Shown in pieces: positions 13,323-24,173 of a stretch of DNA of 64,000 bases. The position numbers and the translations under genes are program-made. The notes under the pieces are model-generated. The model was not told the origin of the DNA, searched no databases, and saw only the letters and a program-made list of their open reading frames with translations. Source of the stretch: Azolla caroliniana. Taxonomy: Eukaryota > Plantae > Polypodiophyta. The first letter of the stretch is position 1. Every line of letters begins with the position of its first letter. Where the stretch lies: contig JBHGNT010000005.1 of NCBI GenBank assembly GCA_043228905.1, forward strand, positions 2,170,001-2,234,000. The letters are read 5' to 3'.

Positions 13323-16300
13323 TCAAGCATTAAATAGAGAGACCTCCCCTAATATGTGCTCATGAACCTCTTGGGGGACCTTGTAGACAGTGTTGTATCC
13401 CTTAACCTTGTGCTTTGCTTGAGTCATATTGAATTTGATCGCAAGAATGGCATCAGCGTAGATTATTGCGATGGGTGCTTCTTTTAGTAATGCATATGTG
13501 TTCTTGCACTGCGGCAACTTTGCATAATAGTTTCCATACACGACAGACTCACCAACGTTGAAATTGTTGCCCCAACCATCCCTCACCACTTCTTTCAATA
13601 ATGTCTTTCCTTGCTTGCACACCACAATGTAGTAGTCTTCTAAATCTTCATTCTGAGAATATTTGAGCATTGCAAAATGATCTCCAACTTCCAATAAAAC
13701 TGCCAAGTCTTGATTTTCGTTGTAGTATACAATATCGTTTGAATGCACATCCTCTTCAATATCATCTTGTCGTTCAGGCTCAAGCTTCTGCAGCTTCCAG
13801 GGCTCCACGATTGATAGGTTGATGCATTTATCCCAAGCTTCATCTAGACACATGGAACAAAAGCATGATAAACTACGGAGTAACAATTGGGTTGTGTCCT
13901 TGCGGCTAAACCCTAACACACAATGGGTGTTGCGTGTGCCTTTCACGGTTTTACAACCATATGATTTAGTTCTATCAACCTCATCAGCGCGAACTTCAAC
14001 AAACAATATGTTCTTACCATCATTTGACATCTTCCATGATAGCCACTGCACAACATCATGTGCATTTTGTAACTTAGCGCCATTATTATCCAACTGCTCA
14101 CTTGTAAGGGCACGTTTGATCACAGCCCCCGCGCCATCATGCTCTCCTTTTCCATGTCCAGACCCGAAGTAATTCCATTGCATACGAATATTGAATAAGG
14201 AGAAATACCTGCTTTGGTATCTCAGGTTTCCAACAAAATTAGTACTATGTTGTCAATTGAGAGTACTACACTTCCATTAATATTGATTTAGTACAAATAC
14301 AAAACAAAGCATAGCACAACGTATCCATTGAGAACACTCTACACTTATTAAAAGATAAATAGTACTATGTTGTCGACCAACAGTACCTGGCATCCATTTA
14401 ATACTAACTTAGTATGGATATAGCACAAAGTATAGTACAATGAGTTCATGGAAAGCACTCTACATGTATTAACAGATAAATAGTACAAAATGTTCAATAT
14501 CGGATAGTACAATACAATGTGTCCACAGAGAACACAACCCTCCTTAGAAGATCATTAGTACTACAAGACATGTACTTTACATCCCCCAATAAACACTGAT
14601 TTAGTATAGATACGCTGAACATTGATTAATAGATAATCAGTACCACACAGTGTGTTTAAAAGATGAGTACAAGATGAGTACAATACCATGAGTACAACAT
14701 GAGTAAATACTGATTTAGTACAATTCTCTTAAGGACGGACAATACTATGAGTACAAGATGAGTACTTTACATCCTCCTGTAAACACAACATAGTACAGAT
14801 ACAACACACAACATAGTACAATGTGTCTATGGAGAACCCTTCACATGGATTAAAACATAATTAGTACAATTCTCTTAAGGACGGACAATACTATAAGTAC
14901 AAGATGAGTACTTTACATCCTTTTGTAAACACAACATAGTACAATGTGTCTATGGAGAACCCTTCACATGGATTAATCGATACTTAGTACAATTCTCTTA
15001 AGGACGGACAATACTATGAGTACAAGATGAGTACTTTACATCCTCCTGTAAACACAACATATTACAGATACAACACACAACATAGTACAATGTGTCTATG
15101 GAGAACCCTTCACATGGATTAAAACATAATTAGTACAATTCTCTTAAGGACGGACAATACTATGAGTACTTTACATCCTTTTGTAAACACGACATAGTAC
15201 AGAACCAACACACAACATAGTACAATGTGTATATGGAGAACCCTTCACATGGATTAAAACATAATTAGTACAATTCTCTTAAGGACGGACAATACTCTAA
15301 GTACAAGATGAGTACTTTACATCCTTCTATACACACAACATAGTACAATGTGTCTATGGAGAACACTTCACATGGATAAAAAGATCATTAGTACAATTCT
15401 CTTAAGGACGGACAATACTATGAGTACAAGATGAGTACTTTACATCCTTCTATACACACAACATAGTACAATGTGTCTATGGAGAACACTTCACATGGAT
15501 TAAAAGTTACTTAGTACAACATAATACAAACAAAATTAGTATGCATGCATCCATTCACAAGTGCAAGATTCGAATAGTTACAAACATAATTAGTATGCAT
15601 CCATGTGACTAGTACTGTTTGTTAATAGTTACAAACATAATTAGTATGCATCCACTAACACAAGAATTACTTCCTTACACATTGCATGATAAGTACTAAA
15701 CATATGGATTAAAAATTACCTGGCGATAAAGTAGAACGATCATGCCGCCTTAAACTGCGAGGCAGCACCATCAGACCAAACCCAATGACGGTTAAAGGTT
15801 AACCCTAGAGAAAATAAATATGCATGGTGAAGCTTAAAACAATGTTGAACAAATAGTGTATCATGCTTTTTATCATCTGAAATGTAAAATATTGATTTCT
15901 TATGTAACTCACCGTCTTGCCTCCAATAGCAAATATGTACAAGTATTGTACATTGATCATTGTACCAATGCATTGATTGAACCTCATTTTGAACTTTAAA
16001 TGTATAGTTTTCTGCAAAATCAATAACGGATACAATGACACCTGTTGGTAAGTTATTAATACATTCCTTGAACTGTGAATTTTGCCAATAACTCCGGAAG
16101 TTATGTGGAATAAACTCCCCAAGTTGTTTCTTAAATTCTGAGACAAGGGTAGCAGCACATGTCTCCTTATATACTTCCTTGATACGCTTAGTTACAACTC
16201 CCTTGCCAATATTTTCAGTCACATACTCCAAATATTTCCATTTCACGATATGACTATTTCCCATATCAAGCTCCTGCCTACAAAATAATGGTAGCGGACA

Positions 16301-17367
16301 AACCTTACATGTTCTTAATAGACATGTACGACGATGCCACTCACATGATGGTTCTTTTTCACAAACACAAGACCTCTATAGCTCAAAAACGGATGCATAA
16401 GTCATGTTTCGTGCATTACACCTATTATCCTCCCCATTTGGTCTACAAATCTCACAAGTGCAGACACATAATTCCCCATGTATACCCTTAGAATCAGTAC
16501 GCATTGCATTCACTGCTAGCCTTAACATGTCCATCTTCACATGGTACACACAACAACATGTATTCCTCTCATTTAATTTTCTAACATAAAATGGTTTCAA
16601 ACCTTGGAACTTGCGGAATCCGACAGTCAAGCTTGGATGTTGGTCTTTAAAGTTCATGTACAATTCAGCCTACATCAACCAATATATATAGCAAACATTA
16701 ATATACACTTGGTCAAAACACAAAGTTATGGAATGTGAATTGTTATAAAAAAATGGAATACCTCTGTCATCTCCAAGAAGTGTCTAGGGTGAATCTGGTA
16801 CTTACCCTGACTTATTCGTTGTCTACACACGTCCTTCTTATTTGGTGAGACACGAGTATTTTTGGCCCAAAATGAATCCACTTTCTCAATAATCTCTTGA
16901 GCTAAGGCATCACATCGTCGTCTACGTCCCGACCCCAGCCACTTGAATTTGCTTGAGTGTATATTTCGGCGATGTTTCCTCAAGTTCCTTCTTTGAATAC
17001 CTAGGGCTAAGGCAACTTTAGTATCACTATATTTTTTTTCTCTCGCACCGTTCACAACCATGTGTAGGGCTGCCCTCTTTGCAGCAAGTTTGTCTAAGCT
17101 CTCTACACCTTTCACTAAGTCTAGGGATGACTTCATAGACTCCACAATCTCTTCTGAAACACATTGGTCCCTAAATTTTATTCTCTCCATGTCTTCATTC
17201 AAACTTTGATGGTGTAACACTCTACAGATAATATCCCTACGATCCTCTTCACTAAATCTCTTCGTTATTTCTACCAAATAACGGACTATGTGAAGAACCA
17301 CTCGTCTCTTAGTCCTTTCAGATATGCATGAGTTACTTGACAACTCACTCTCGTTAGGAACCCCCAT
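13323..17367 (-). pseudogene. Sola2-type DDD transposase, three inferred exons (17367-16762, 16669-15720, 14208-13323)
   Basis: GT-AG introns 16761-16670 and 15719-14209 join the ORFs in frame; Cys-rich region followed by the catalytic motifs; premature stops TAG (16376-16378) and TGA (15740-15742). Confidence 0.85.
14715..15520. repeat. Tandem repeat, units about 123-146 bp, about 6 copies, inside the transposase intron
   Basis: TTAGTACAATTCTCTTAAGGACGGACAATAC recurs near 14715, 14861, 14984, 15130, 15265 and 15388. Confidence 0.9.
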
Positions 17368-17422
17368 TCGGTCACTAGATTTATCCACAAAAATTAAGTG
17401 TCTTGCGAAAGTAGTTAATGTT

Positions 17423-18060
17423 ATATAGACTCAACCAAGAAAACACAATCAAATGTTTTTAAATGTGGCCTGCAAAGTGAGAAATATTTTGTTTCAAACA
17501 TTAGAATTACATATCAAATATGACAAATGTCAATTCTAAAAATTTAGTACTGAAATATGAAGAAATGAAACATTTTAGTACTGAAAATAAAAAAAATGGA
17601 TGGAAGGAACCTCCAATGGTGGAGGGAGCGTGGATATATAGACTCAACCAAGAAAACACAATCAAATGTTTTTAAATGTGGCCTGCAAAGTGAGAAATAT
17701 TTTGTTTCAAACATTAGAATTACATATCAAATATGGCAAATGTCAATTCTAAAAATTTAGTACTGGAATATGAAGAAATGAAACATTTTAGTACTGAAAA
17801 TAAAAAAATGGATGGAAGGAACCTCCAATGGTGGAGGGAGCATTGGATATGCCGCCTCGATTTGGTGGAAGGAACCTCCAATGGTGGAGGGAGCGTGGAT
17901 ATGCAGCCTCGATTTGGTGGAAGGAACCTCAAATGGTGGAGGGAGCGTTGGATATGCCGCCTCGATTTGGTGGAAGGAACCTCCAATGGTGGAGAGAGCG
18001 TTGGATATGCCGCCTCGATTTGGTGGAAGGAACCTCCAATGCCGCCTCGATTTGGTGGAA
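17423..18060. repeat. 213-bp direct duplication followed by about 53-bp tandem repeats upstream of the transposase
   Basis: GACTCAACCAAG at 17428 and 17641; GCCGCCTCGATTTGGTGGAAGGAACCTCCAATGG repeated about 5 times. Confidence 0.88.
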
Positions 18061-18605
18061 AAAGCCCCAAATCACCACGACATCAACTGCAATCGGTGGA
18101 AGTACGAAAGTCGTTGTCGAAGAAGTGACTATTGGCTGCTACCTAAACCCTCAAAACAGTCTCTGTACCTCAACCGAAACCTAACAAAAACAGAAACCCT
18201 AAAAAAATCAGAAATCCTCAACTCAAACTCTCCAACCAGACATGGATGTCTGAGATTTAGATTGAAGGAAAATCAGAAACGTGACATGGATGTCTGTGAT
18301 GAAAAGCTCAGAGGGATAGAGGAAGAACAGTATGAGGGGAATCGCCAAAACGACGTGAGGGGAAGCGCCAAAATCGACGTGAGGGGAAAATAGCCCCCAA
18401 AATGGAAGAACATCTCCTCACGTGTTCCCCCCACTCCTTCTACAGTAAATGACACTTGTACTACAGTCACCCCACTCTCCAAAATCGATTTTCTTTTTCT
18501 CTAATTTTTTTTCTGAATTATTCAGTACTAACAGTATTGAAAGTACTGACAATTTTTGTGGCCAAAAACAGTACTTTTCTGGTACACCGTAGCGTGCTTC
18601 GACCC

Positions 18606-19503
18606 CGCAGTCCTTCCGGATGTGGCCGACCTCGTCGCACCACATGCACCTGTTCCCTGTTGCCGGTCGTCGGTCACGAGCCGGTTCGCCGCCTTCCCTT
18701 CGAGTCTGGGCGATCTGGAGATCCTTTATCGCCCGCGTCAACTCCTCCAGCGTTGCTCCTCCGGACGAGCCACTGACCATGCCGGTCGAAGCCGGACCGG
18801 TTTCGAGCCATTCCCAGGTATCTTCCCTTCGCCCTTCCGGTGCCGGTTCAAGCCTCCTTGCTGTGACAGACCCCGCACCGGCCGCCCCATTATCAGCCCA
18901 TTCTCGCCGTTTGTCGAAACGGCCACAGACTCTCTTAACCGCAGCCCAGTCGGTCGTCAGCCCGTCTTCGGTTTCCAGCAAGGAGCTGACTTGATCCCGG
19001 TCCCGCTCGTCCACCGACTTGACGAACAGTAGGACCCGGCTCGTATCCAGAACGGTTCGGTCAAGCGCCGAAAGGCGCGCAAAGCGTTCTTCAAACTCCC
19101 GGAGGAGTGCCGACGCGTTTCTTCCCTTGCCGGGGGACTCCACCCATTCCATGAAGTCTCGTTTCGAAAGCCGGAGCGCGTCGTCCAGCCCGTATTTTTC
19201 CAGGAGTCGGCCTTCGAACTCCTCCCAGGTACGGCTCTCCGCCCGCACCTCGAGCACCTCCGCATGGATGCTCGGCATCACCACTCGAGGAAACCCGGCA
19301 AGACTCCTCTCTTCCAGAATGTCCCGCATCAGCATTTCTGCCCCGTAGGACGCCAAATACTTCGTGGCATCCTTTCCGCTGAACCGGCCGATCGTACCGA
19401 CGACCGCCTCAATGGCTCTATCGAGGGCGTCGGAGCCCTCGCGTGCGCTCAATATCCGATCCACGGCCGAAGCCATGGCCTCCGCAAGATCCGACCCTTT
19501 CAT
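18606..19503 (-). pseudogene. Gypsy A gag N-terminal half, ending at the CCHC zinc knuckle
   Basis: MKGSDLAEAM... through CMWCDEVGHIRKDC; cut by the Sola TIR. Confidence 0.92.
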
Positions 19504-19525
19504 CTTCTGCTCTTCTGCCGCCTCC

Positions 19526-19543
19526 TTCACGTCGGGTTCACCA
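19526..19543 (-). promoter_or_regulatory. Primer binding site, tRNA-Trp (gypsy A)
   Basis: TGGTGAACCCGACGTGAA is complementary to the 3' end of plant cytosolic tRNA-Trp (...UUCACGUCGGGUUCACCA); 4 nt from the LTR. Confidence 0.85.
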
Positions 19544-19547
19544 AAGA

Positions 19548-20194
19548 TGTCGAGGTATTCCTCGCGGATGCGTGGAATGAGGCGGGACCTCGGGGGTCCT
19601 GTACCGAAGAGCAAGAGAGAAAGGAGAAGAGACCCACTACGTGTGAGAGTAGATTCACAGGGACACGGCCCTTTGACACAAAGACGCGAGTGGGACAGCG
19701 ACACAAAGAGACACGAATGTATGTATGTATTAACAAAGACAAACAACAAAACACGAAGTCGGTTACAACCGAACAGGTCGGCGAACAGATGCTGATACCT
19801 GTTCGTAAACGCACAGAAAGGAAGGAGTAGGTTGGAGGTGTTGTCGGAAGCACTCGGGCATTCCTCAGAGCAGCGCGAGCCTCCCGAAACCTGCACAGAA
19901 GGAAGCTATGGAGTTTGCGAACCAGAGAGAGAGAGAGAGAGAAGCCTTCGCACACAAACCGACAGCACTTCGTCCTCGACTCTCCGCAATCCCCTTCCCC
20001 CTCCTCGTCTCCCTCCTCTTATAGGCAAGGAAGGAGTCGTTTCCTATTAACTTCCTACCTACCGAATCTACCTACCTACGATCTTCTATGTCCCTCATTC
20101 TCCCTTATGTACAACGTAAGGCGTACGTGCATGAAGAGCCGGTTCCTATGCTCCGGCGCACCGATTCCTCTCGTGGACGGTTTTCTTCATGACA
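19548..20194 (-). repeat. 5' LTR of gypsy A (647 bp)
   Basis: Direct repeat of 347-991 with scattered substitutions. Confidence 0.95.
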
Positions 20195-20198
20195 ACGT

Positions 20199-21163
20199 GC
20201 ATGTTGCTAAGGACTTCGACGAGATATTTGCCCCGGTAGTAAAGATGACCTCCATCCGGACGGTGCTGAGTATAGCGGCAAGCATGGACCTCGAGGTAGA
20301 GCAGCTAGACGTGAAGACGGCATTCCTTCACGGTGACCTCGAAGAGGAGATCTACATGCAGCAACCGGAAGGATTCGGGGAGAAAGGGAAGGAGCACCTG
20401 GTATGCCAGTTGAAGAAGAGCTTGTACGGACTGAAGCAGGCTCCCTGACAGTGGTACCGGAAGTTCGACTCCTTCATGACCGATCAAGGGTACCACAAGA
20501 CACAGGCCCATCACTGCGTGTTTGTGAAGAAGTTCGAAAGAGGCGACTTCCTAATATTCCTTCTGTACGTGGACGACATGTTGATCGTCGGACGGGACCA
20601 AGCCAAAATACGGATGCTGAAGAAGGCTCTCAACCGGACCTTCTCAATGAAAGACTTGGGTCCGGCAAGACAGATGTTGGGGATGCATATCATCCGGAAC
20701 TGGCCAACATGTACGTGACAAAGGTGCTTCAGCGGTTCAACATGTTAGAAGCTAAACCGGTCGGATCGACACTCCCGGCAAACTACAGGTTATCCGGTAA
20801 GCAAAGCCCGAAGACGAAAGCAGAGAAGGCTGATATGATGAAGGTTCTATATGCCTCTGTTGTCGGGAGCTTAATGTACGGAATGGTGTGTACCCGACCG
20901 GATATAGGATACGCAGTCGGGGTGGTGAGCCGGTTTATGAGCAATCCCGGCAAGGAGCATTGGAACGCGGTCAAATGGATACTCCGGTACTTGAAGGGCA
21001 CTTCGAACATGTGTCTCTGATTCAGCTCCGGTAAACCTCAACTTGACGGCTTTACCGATTCGGACATGTCGGCTGATGTGGATACCAGCCAATCTACATC
21101 CGGGTATGTAATGACATATGCAGGGGGAGCTATCTCGTGGCAGTCGAGGCTGCAGAAGACCGT
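20199..21163 (+). pseudogene. Copia reverse transcriptase to start of RNase H, disrupted
   Basis: QLDVKTAFLHG, LKKSLYGLKQAP*, LLYVDDML, TRPDIGYAV, FTDSD motifs; premature stops and a frameshifting deletion near 20700. Confidence 0.93.
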
Positions 21164-21946
21164 TGTCGTGAAGAAAACCGTCCCTAAGTGGAATCAGCAC
21201 ACCGAGGCGTGGGAACCGGTTCTTCACACGCGCACGCTCCAAGTTGTACATAGAGTCGAATTAAGAGGATAATCGGCAGGAACGGGCCCTAACACGAGTG
21301 GAGACAAAGACCGCGCGAACAGTCTTTTCGGTCACGCGCGCGAACTGTACGAGTCGGCGGCGTAACTACGCGGATGCGTGAAGAACGGAGCGGATCCCTG
21401 TCCAAAAGGGACAGGGAATAAAGCTGACATGACGGCCTGCTCGTCGGCCTATATAAGGAGCAGGAAAGAGCTGTTGCAGGGATCTCGCGCGGAGAGGACG
21501 AAGTGCTGTCGGACCGTTTCTGGACGCTTCTCTCTCTGCTTTCCCCCCCCTTCTTGAGCTCCATAGCTTTCTGTGCAGGGTTCCGAGGAGGCTCGCGCTG
21601 TTTCGAGGAACGCCCGAGTGCTTCCGGCAGCACCTCCGACCTGCTTCCCCTTTGTGCGTCGAAGCGAACAGGCATCGGCATCTGTTCGCCGGCCTGTTCG
21701 GTTGTAACCAACCTGCGCCCCGTCGAGGGTTGTAGTCGTGCTAGCCATTTTGTTAATATACGTATTCAGTCATTCGCATCTGTCTGTGCCGGTGTCTATC
21801 GCGTTCTCCGTATTGAGGGCCGTGTCCCTGCGTATCCCCGGTCCTGCGTAGCCGGTTCTCTCTCTTTCTCCTCCCTCGCTTGCTCTTTGGTTCGAGACCC
21901 CCGCGGTCCCGCCTCGTTTCACACGCACTTGCGTAATATCTCGACA
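21164..21946 (+). repeat. 5' LTR of gypsy B
   Basis: TGTCGTG...CTCGACA; TATA box CCTATATAAGG near 21448. Confidence 0.96.
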
Positions 21947-21950
21947 TCTT

Positions 21951-21968
21951 TGGTGAACCCGACGTGAA
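21951..21968 (+). promoter_or_regulatory. Primer binding site, tRNA-Trp (gypsy B)
   Basis: TGGTGAACCCGACGTGAA. Confidence 0.85.
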
Positions 21969-21990
21969 AGAGGCGGCAGAAGAGCAGAAG

Positions 21991-24117
21991 ATGAGGGGGT
22001 CGGATCTCGCAGAGGCCATGGCTTCGGCCGTGGATCGGATTGTAAACGCGCGCGAGATCACCGGTGCCCTCGACAGAGCTATTGAGGCGGTCGTCGGCAC
22101 GATCGGCCGGTTCGATGGGAAGGATGCCACGAAGTATTTGGCGTCCTACGGTGCAGAGATGCTGATGCGGGACATTCCGGAAGAAAGGCGTCTTGCCGGA
22201 TTTCCCCGGGTGGCGATGCCGAGCATCCATGCGGAGGTGCTCGAGGTGCGGACGGAGAGCCGTACCTGGGAGGAGTTCGAAGGTCGGCTCCTAGAGAAAT
22301 ACGGGCTGGACGACGCGCTCCGGCTTTCGAAGCGAAGGTTCATGGAATGGGTGGAGTCCCCGGGGAAGGGAAGAAACGCGTCGGCGCTCCTCCGGGAGTT
22401 CGAGGAAAACTTTGCCCGCCTTTCGGCGCTCGACCGAACCATCCTGGACACGAGCCGGGTCTTGTTGTTTGTCAAGTCGGTCGACGAACGGGATCGGGAG
22501 CACGTGGGCCTCTTGCTGGAAACCGAAGACGGGCTCACTACCGACTGGGCGGCTGTCAGGAAGGTCTGTGGCCGTTTCGACAAACGGCGAGAATGGGCGG
22601 ATAACGGTGCAACCGGGTCGGGCTCGGTCGCAGCAAGGAAGCTCGAACCAGCGCCACAGGTGCGAAAGGAAGAGACCCGAGAGTGGTTGGATACCGGTTC
22701 GGCTTCGACCGGCGTAGTCAGAGGCTCAACCGGAGGAGCGGCGCTGGAGGAATTGACGAAGGCGATAAAGGACCTCCAAATCGCGCAGGCCCGAAGGGAA
22801 GGAGGCGAACCGGCTCGTGACCGACGGCCGGCGGCAGGAAACAGGTGCATGTGGTGCGATGAGGTCGGCCACGTTCGGAAGGACTGCGGCGACTTCGCGG
22901 AGGCGCTGAGGAACAGGGTGGTGTACCTGTGGGAAGGACGGGTGCATGCCAGCGACACCCGAAGGGCCCTGAGCCGAAACGACGGAAAAGGTGGTATGAA
23001 AAGGTTGATGGAAGAGGCGGCGGCCCGACACGCGGAAACCGTTCACTACTCGGCGTCGGCCGGCATTCGAGTTGGGGGCGGCGAGGCCCGAAGGGAAAGC
23101 AAAGCCGGATTCTGGCCGACGATGCTGGAAGGCCTTGCCGGTGCAAGGCTTAAAGGGGAGGAATCGGACCGTGCGGAGAAACGGGTACGGGAGATGACCG
23201 GGTGGAGCGACCCGGTCGAGGAAAGGACGGGCTTCATGGAAGCCGCTTGCCAGAACTACGAGGCTCTGGTAGAAGAGAAGCGGGTGGGGAGACCCGGGAC
23301 GACCGGGCCCTCACAACGATACGAGACCCGGTCCGGGCCACGACGGGACGAAGCCGGCGGGGCCGGTACGCAAGATAAACCCCAGAAGGGCGGGTACCGT
23401 CTGGGGACGGAGATAGAAAGGACCACGGACTTACGAAAGGTCCTGGAGGAACGGATCCTCGACAGCAAGGTGGAGCTGTCGTTACGAGAGGTGCTGGGAA
23501 TTGCCAAGAAGGAGTTCCACGACTCCATCGTGGACTTGGTGAAACGGAAGAGGCTGTCGACGGAGACAGAACCGGAAAGACCGGTGGAAGTGCGGACGAC
23601 GCACCTAGACGACATGGCGCTGGGAGACGAGTGGGCGGAAAGCCACTATTCGAGACCACACTGGGCCCGAGCGACCACGGAAACCCCGGTGAAGATCGGC
23701 GATGTCCAGGAACCGGTGATAGCTTTGGTGGACCACGGATCGGAGATCAATTTGATGTCCATGGACTTCTATAAGAAGGGCAAATGGCCGATCAACACCA
23801 AGCACGGGTGGAAAATAAGGGCAGCAACGCGCGCCACCGAGGAACTGCACGGGGCCTGTCCGAATGTGCGAGTCAAGATCGGCGACGTCGAGATTGACCA
23901 GCACTTCTTCGTGCAGGAGACGTCTTCGCATCCGGTCATTCTGGGAGAGCCGTATATCACGGCGGCGCGAATGGAGACCAAAGTGCTGGACAATGGTTCG
24001 GCCTACGCAAGGGTCAAAAGCCAAGACGGGCGCCATTCGGTCCAGTTTCTGACGGTACGGCCGAACCACGAACGTAACCGCGATTCCCTCGGTTCCGAAA
24101 ACCGAGAGGATTTTTAG
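21991..24117 (+). CDS. gag: Gypsy B Gag-protease polyprotein
   Basis: Open ORF (first ATG 21991); CX2CX4HX4C knuckle CMWCDEVGHVRKDC; protease ALVDHGSEIN...VILG. Confidence 0.92.
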   Translation: MRGSDLAEAMASAVDRIVNAREITGALDRAIEAVVGTIGRFDGKDATKYLASYGAEMLMRDIPEERRLAGFPRVAMPSIHAEVLEVRTESRTWEEFEGRLLEKYGLDDALRLSKRRFMEWVESPGKGRNASALLREFEENFARLSALDRTILDTSRVLLFVKSVDERDREHVGLLLETEDGLTTDWAAVRKVCGRFDKRREWADNGATGSGSVAARKLEPAPQVRKEETREWLDTGSASTGVVRGSTGGAALEELTKAIKDLQIAQARREGGEPARDRRPAAGNRCMWCDEVGHVRKDCGDFAEALRNRVVYLWEGRVHASDTRRALSRNDGKGGMKRLMEEAAARHAETVHYSASAGIRVGGGEARRESKAGFWPTMLEGLAGARLKGEESDRAEKRVREMTGWSDPVEERTGFMEAACQNYEALVEEKRVGRPGTTGPSQRYETRSGPRRDEAGGAGTQDKPQKGGYRLGTEIERTTDLRKVLEERILDSKVELSLREVLGIAKKEFHDSIVDLVKRKRLSTETEPERPVEVRTTHLDDMALGDEWAESHYSRPHWARATTETPVKIGDVQEPVIALVDHGSEINLMSMDFYKKGKWPINTKHGWKIRAATRATEELHGACPNVRVKIGDVEIDQHFFVQETSSHPVILGEPYITAARMETKVLDNGSAYARVKSQDGRHSVQFLTVRPNHERNRDSLGSENREDF

Positions 24118-24173
24118 AGAGGACTGCCAAGGCGTGGGGCCGCGACAGTCCGGATGCTCCGGGAAACCCCCAC
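24108..24173 (+). promoter_or_regulatory. Putative -1 ribosomal frameshift signal (G GAU UUU, spacer, stem-loop or pseudoknot)
   Basis: Pol frame is -1 relative to gag-PR and open from the heptamer to 27596; same heptamer at 4432-4438 in A. Confidence 0.7.

Larger units (their letters stand above)
5647..18605 (-). mobile_element. Sola2-like DNA transposon (12,959 bp) with accessory genes
   Basis: 26-bp TIRs GGGTCGAAGCAYGCTACGGTGTACCA (5647-5672, 18580-18605, one mismatch); 4-bp TSD CGCA (5643-5646, 18606-18609); A gag is restored on removal; transposase motifs DFAENY..Q.EVQSMHW, WSDGAASQFK, GHGKGEHDG. Confidence 0.85.
347..20194 (-). mobile_element. Ty3/gypsy element A (non-chromovirus, Phygy/Ylt1-like), defective, containing a Sola2-like insertion
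   Basis: Two LTRs (347-991, 19548-20194), 4-bp TSD ACGT (343-346, 20195-20198), PBS, PPT, gag-PR and RT-RH-INT on the minus strand. Confidence 0.95.

Noticed and set aside
5642-18610. Alternative reading with 6-bp TSD CCGCAG and GG termini
   Set aside because: Formally possible, but GGG termini with a 4-bp TSD agree with the Sola2-type transposase; other copies are needed to settle it
18418-19896. 492-aa ORF starting inside the LTR as an extended Gag
   Set aside because: The same frame has a TAA before the PBS in intact B; the C-terminus is read-through into the Sola TIR
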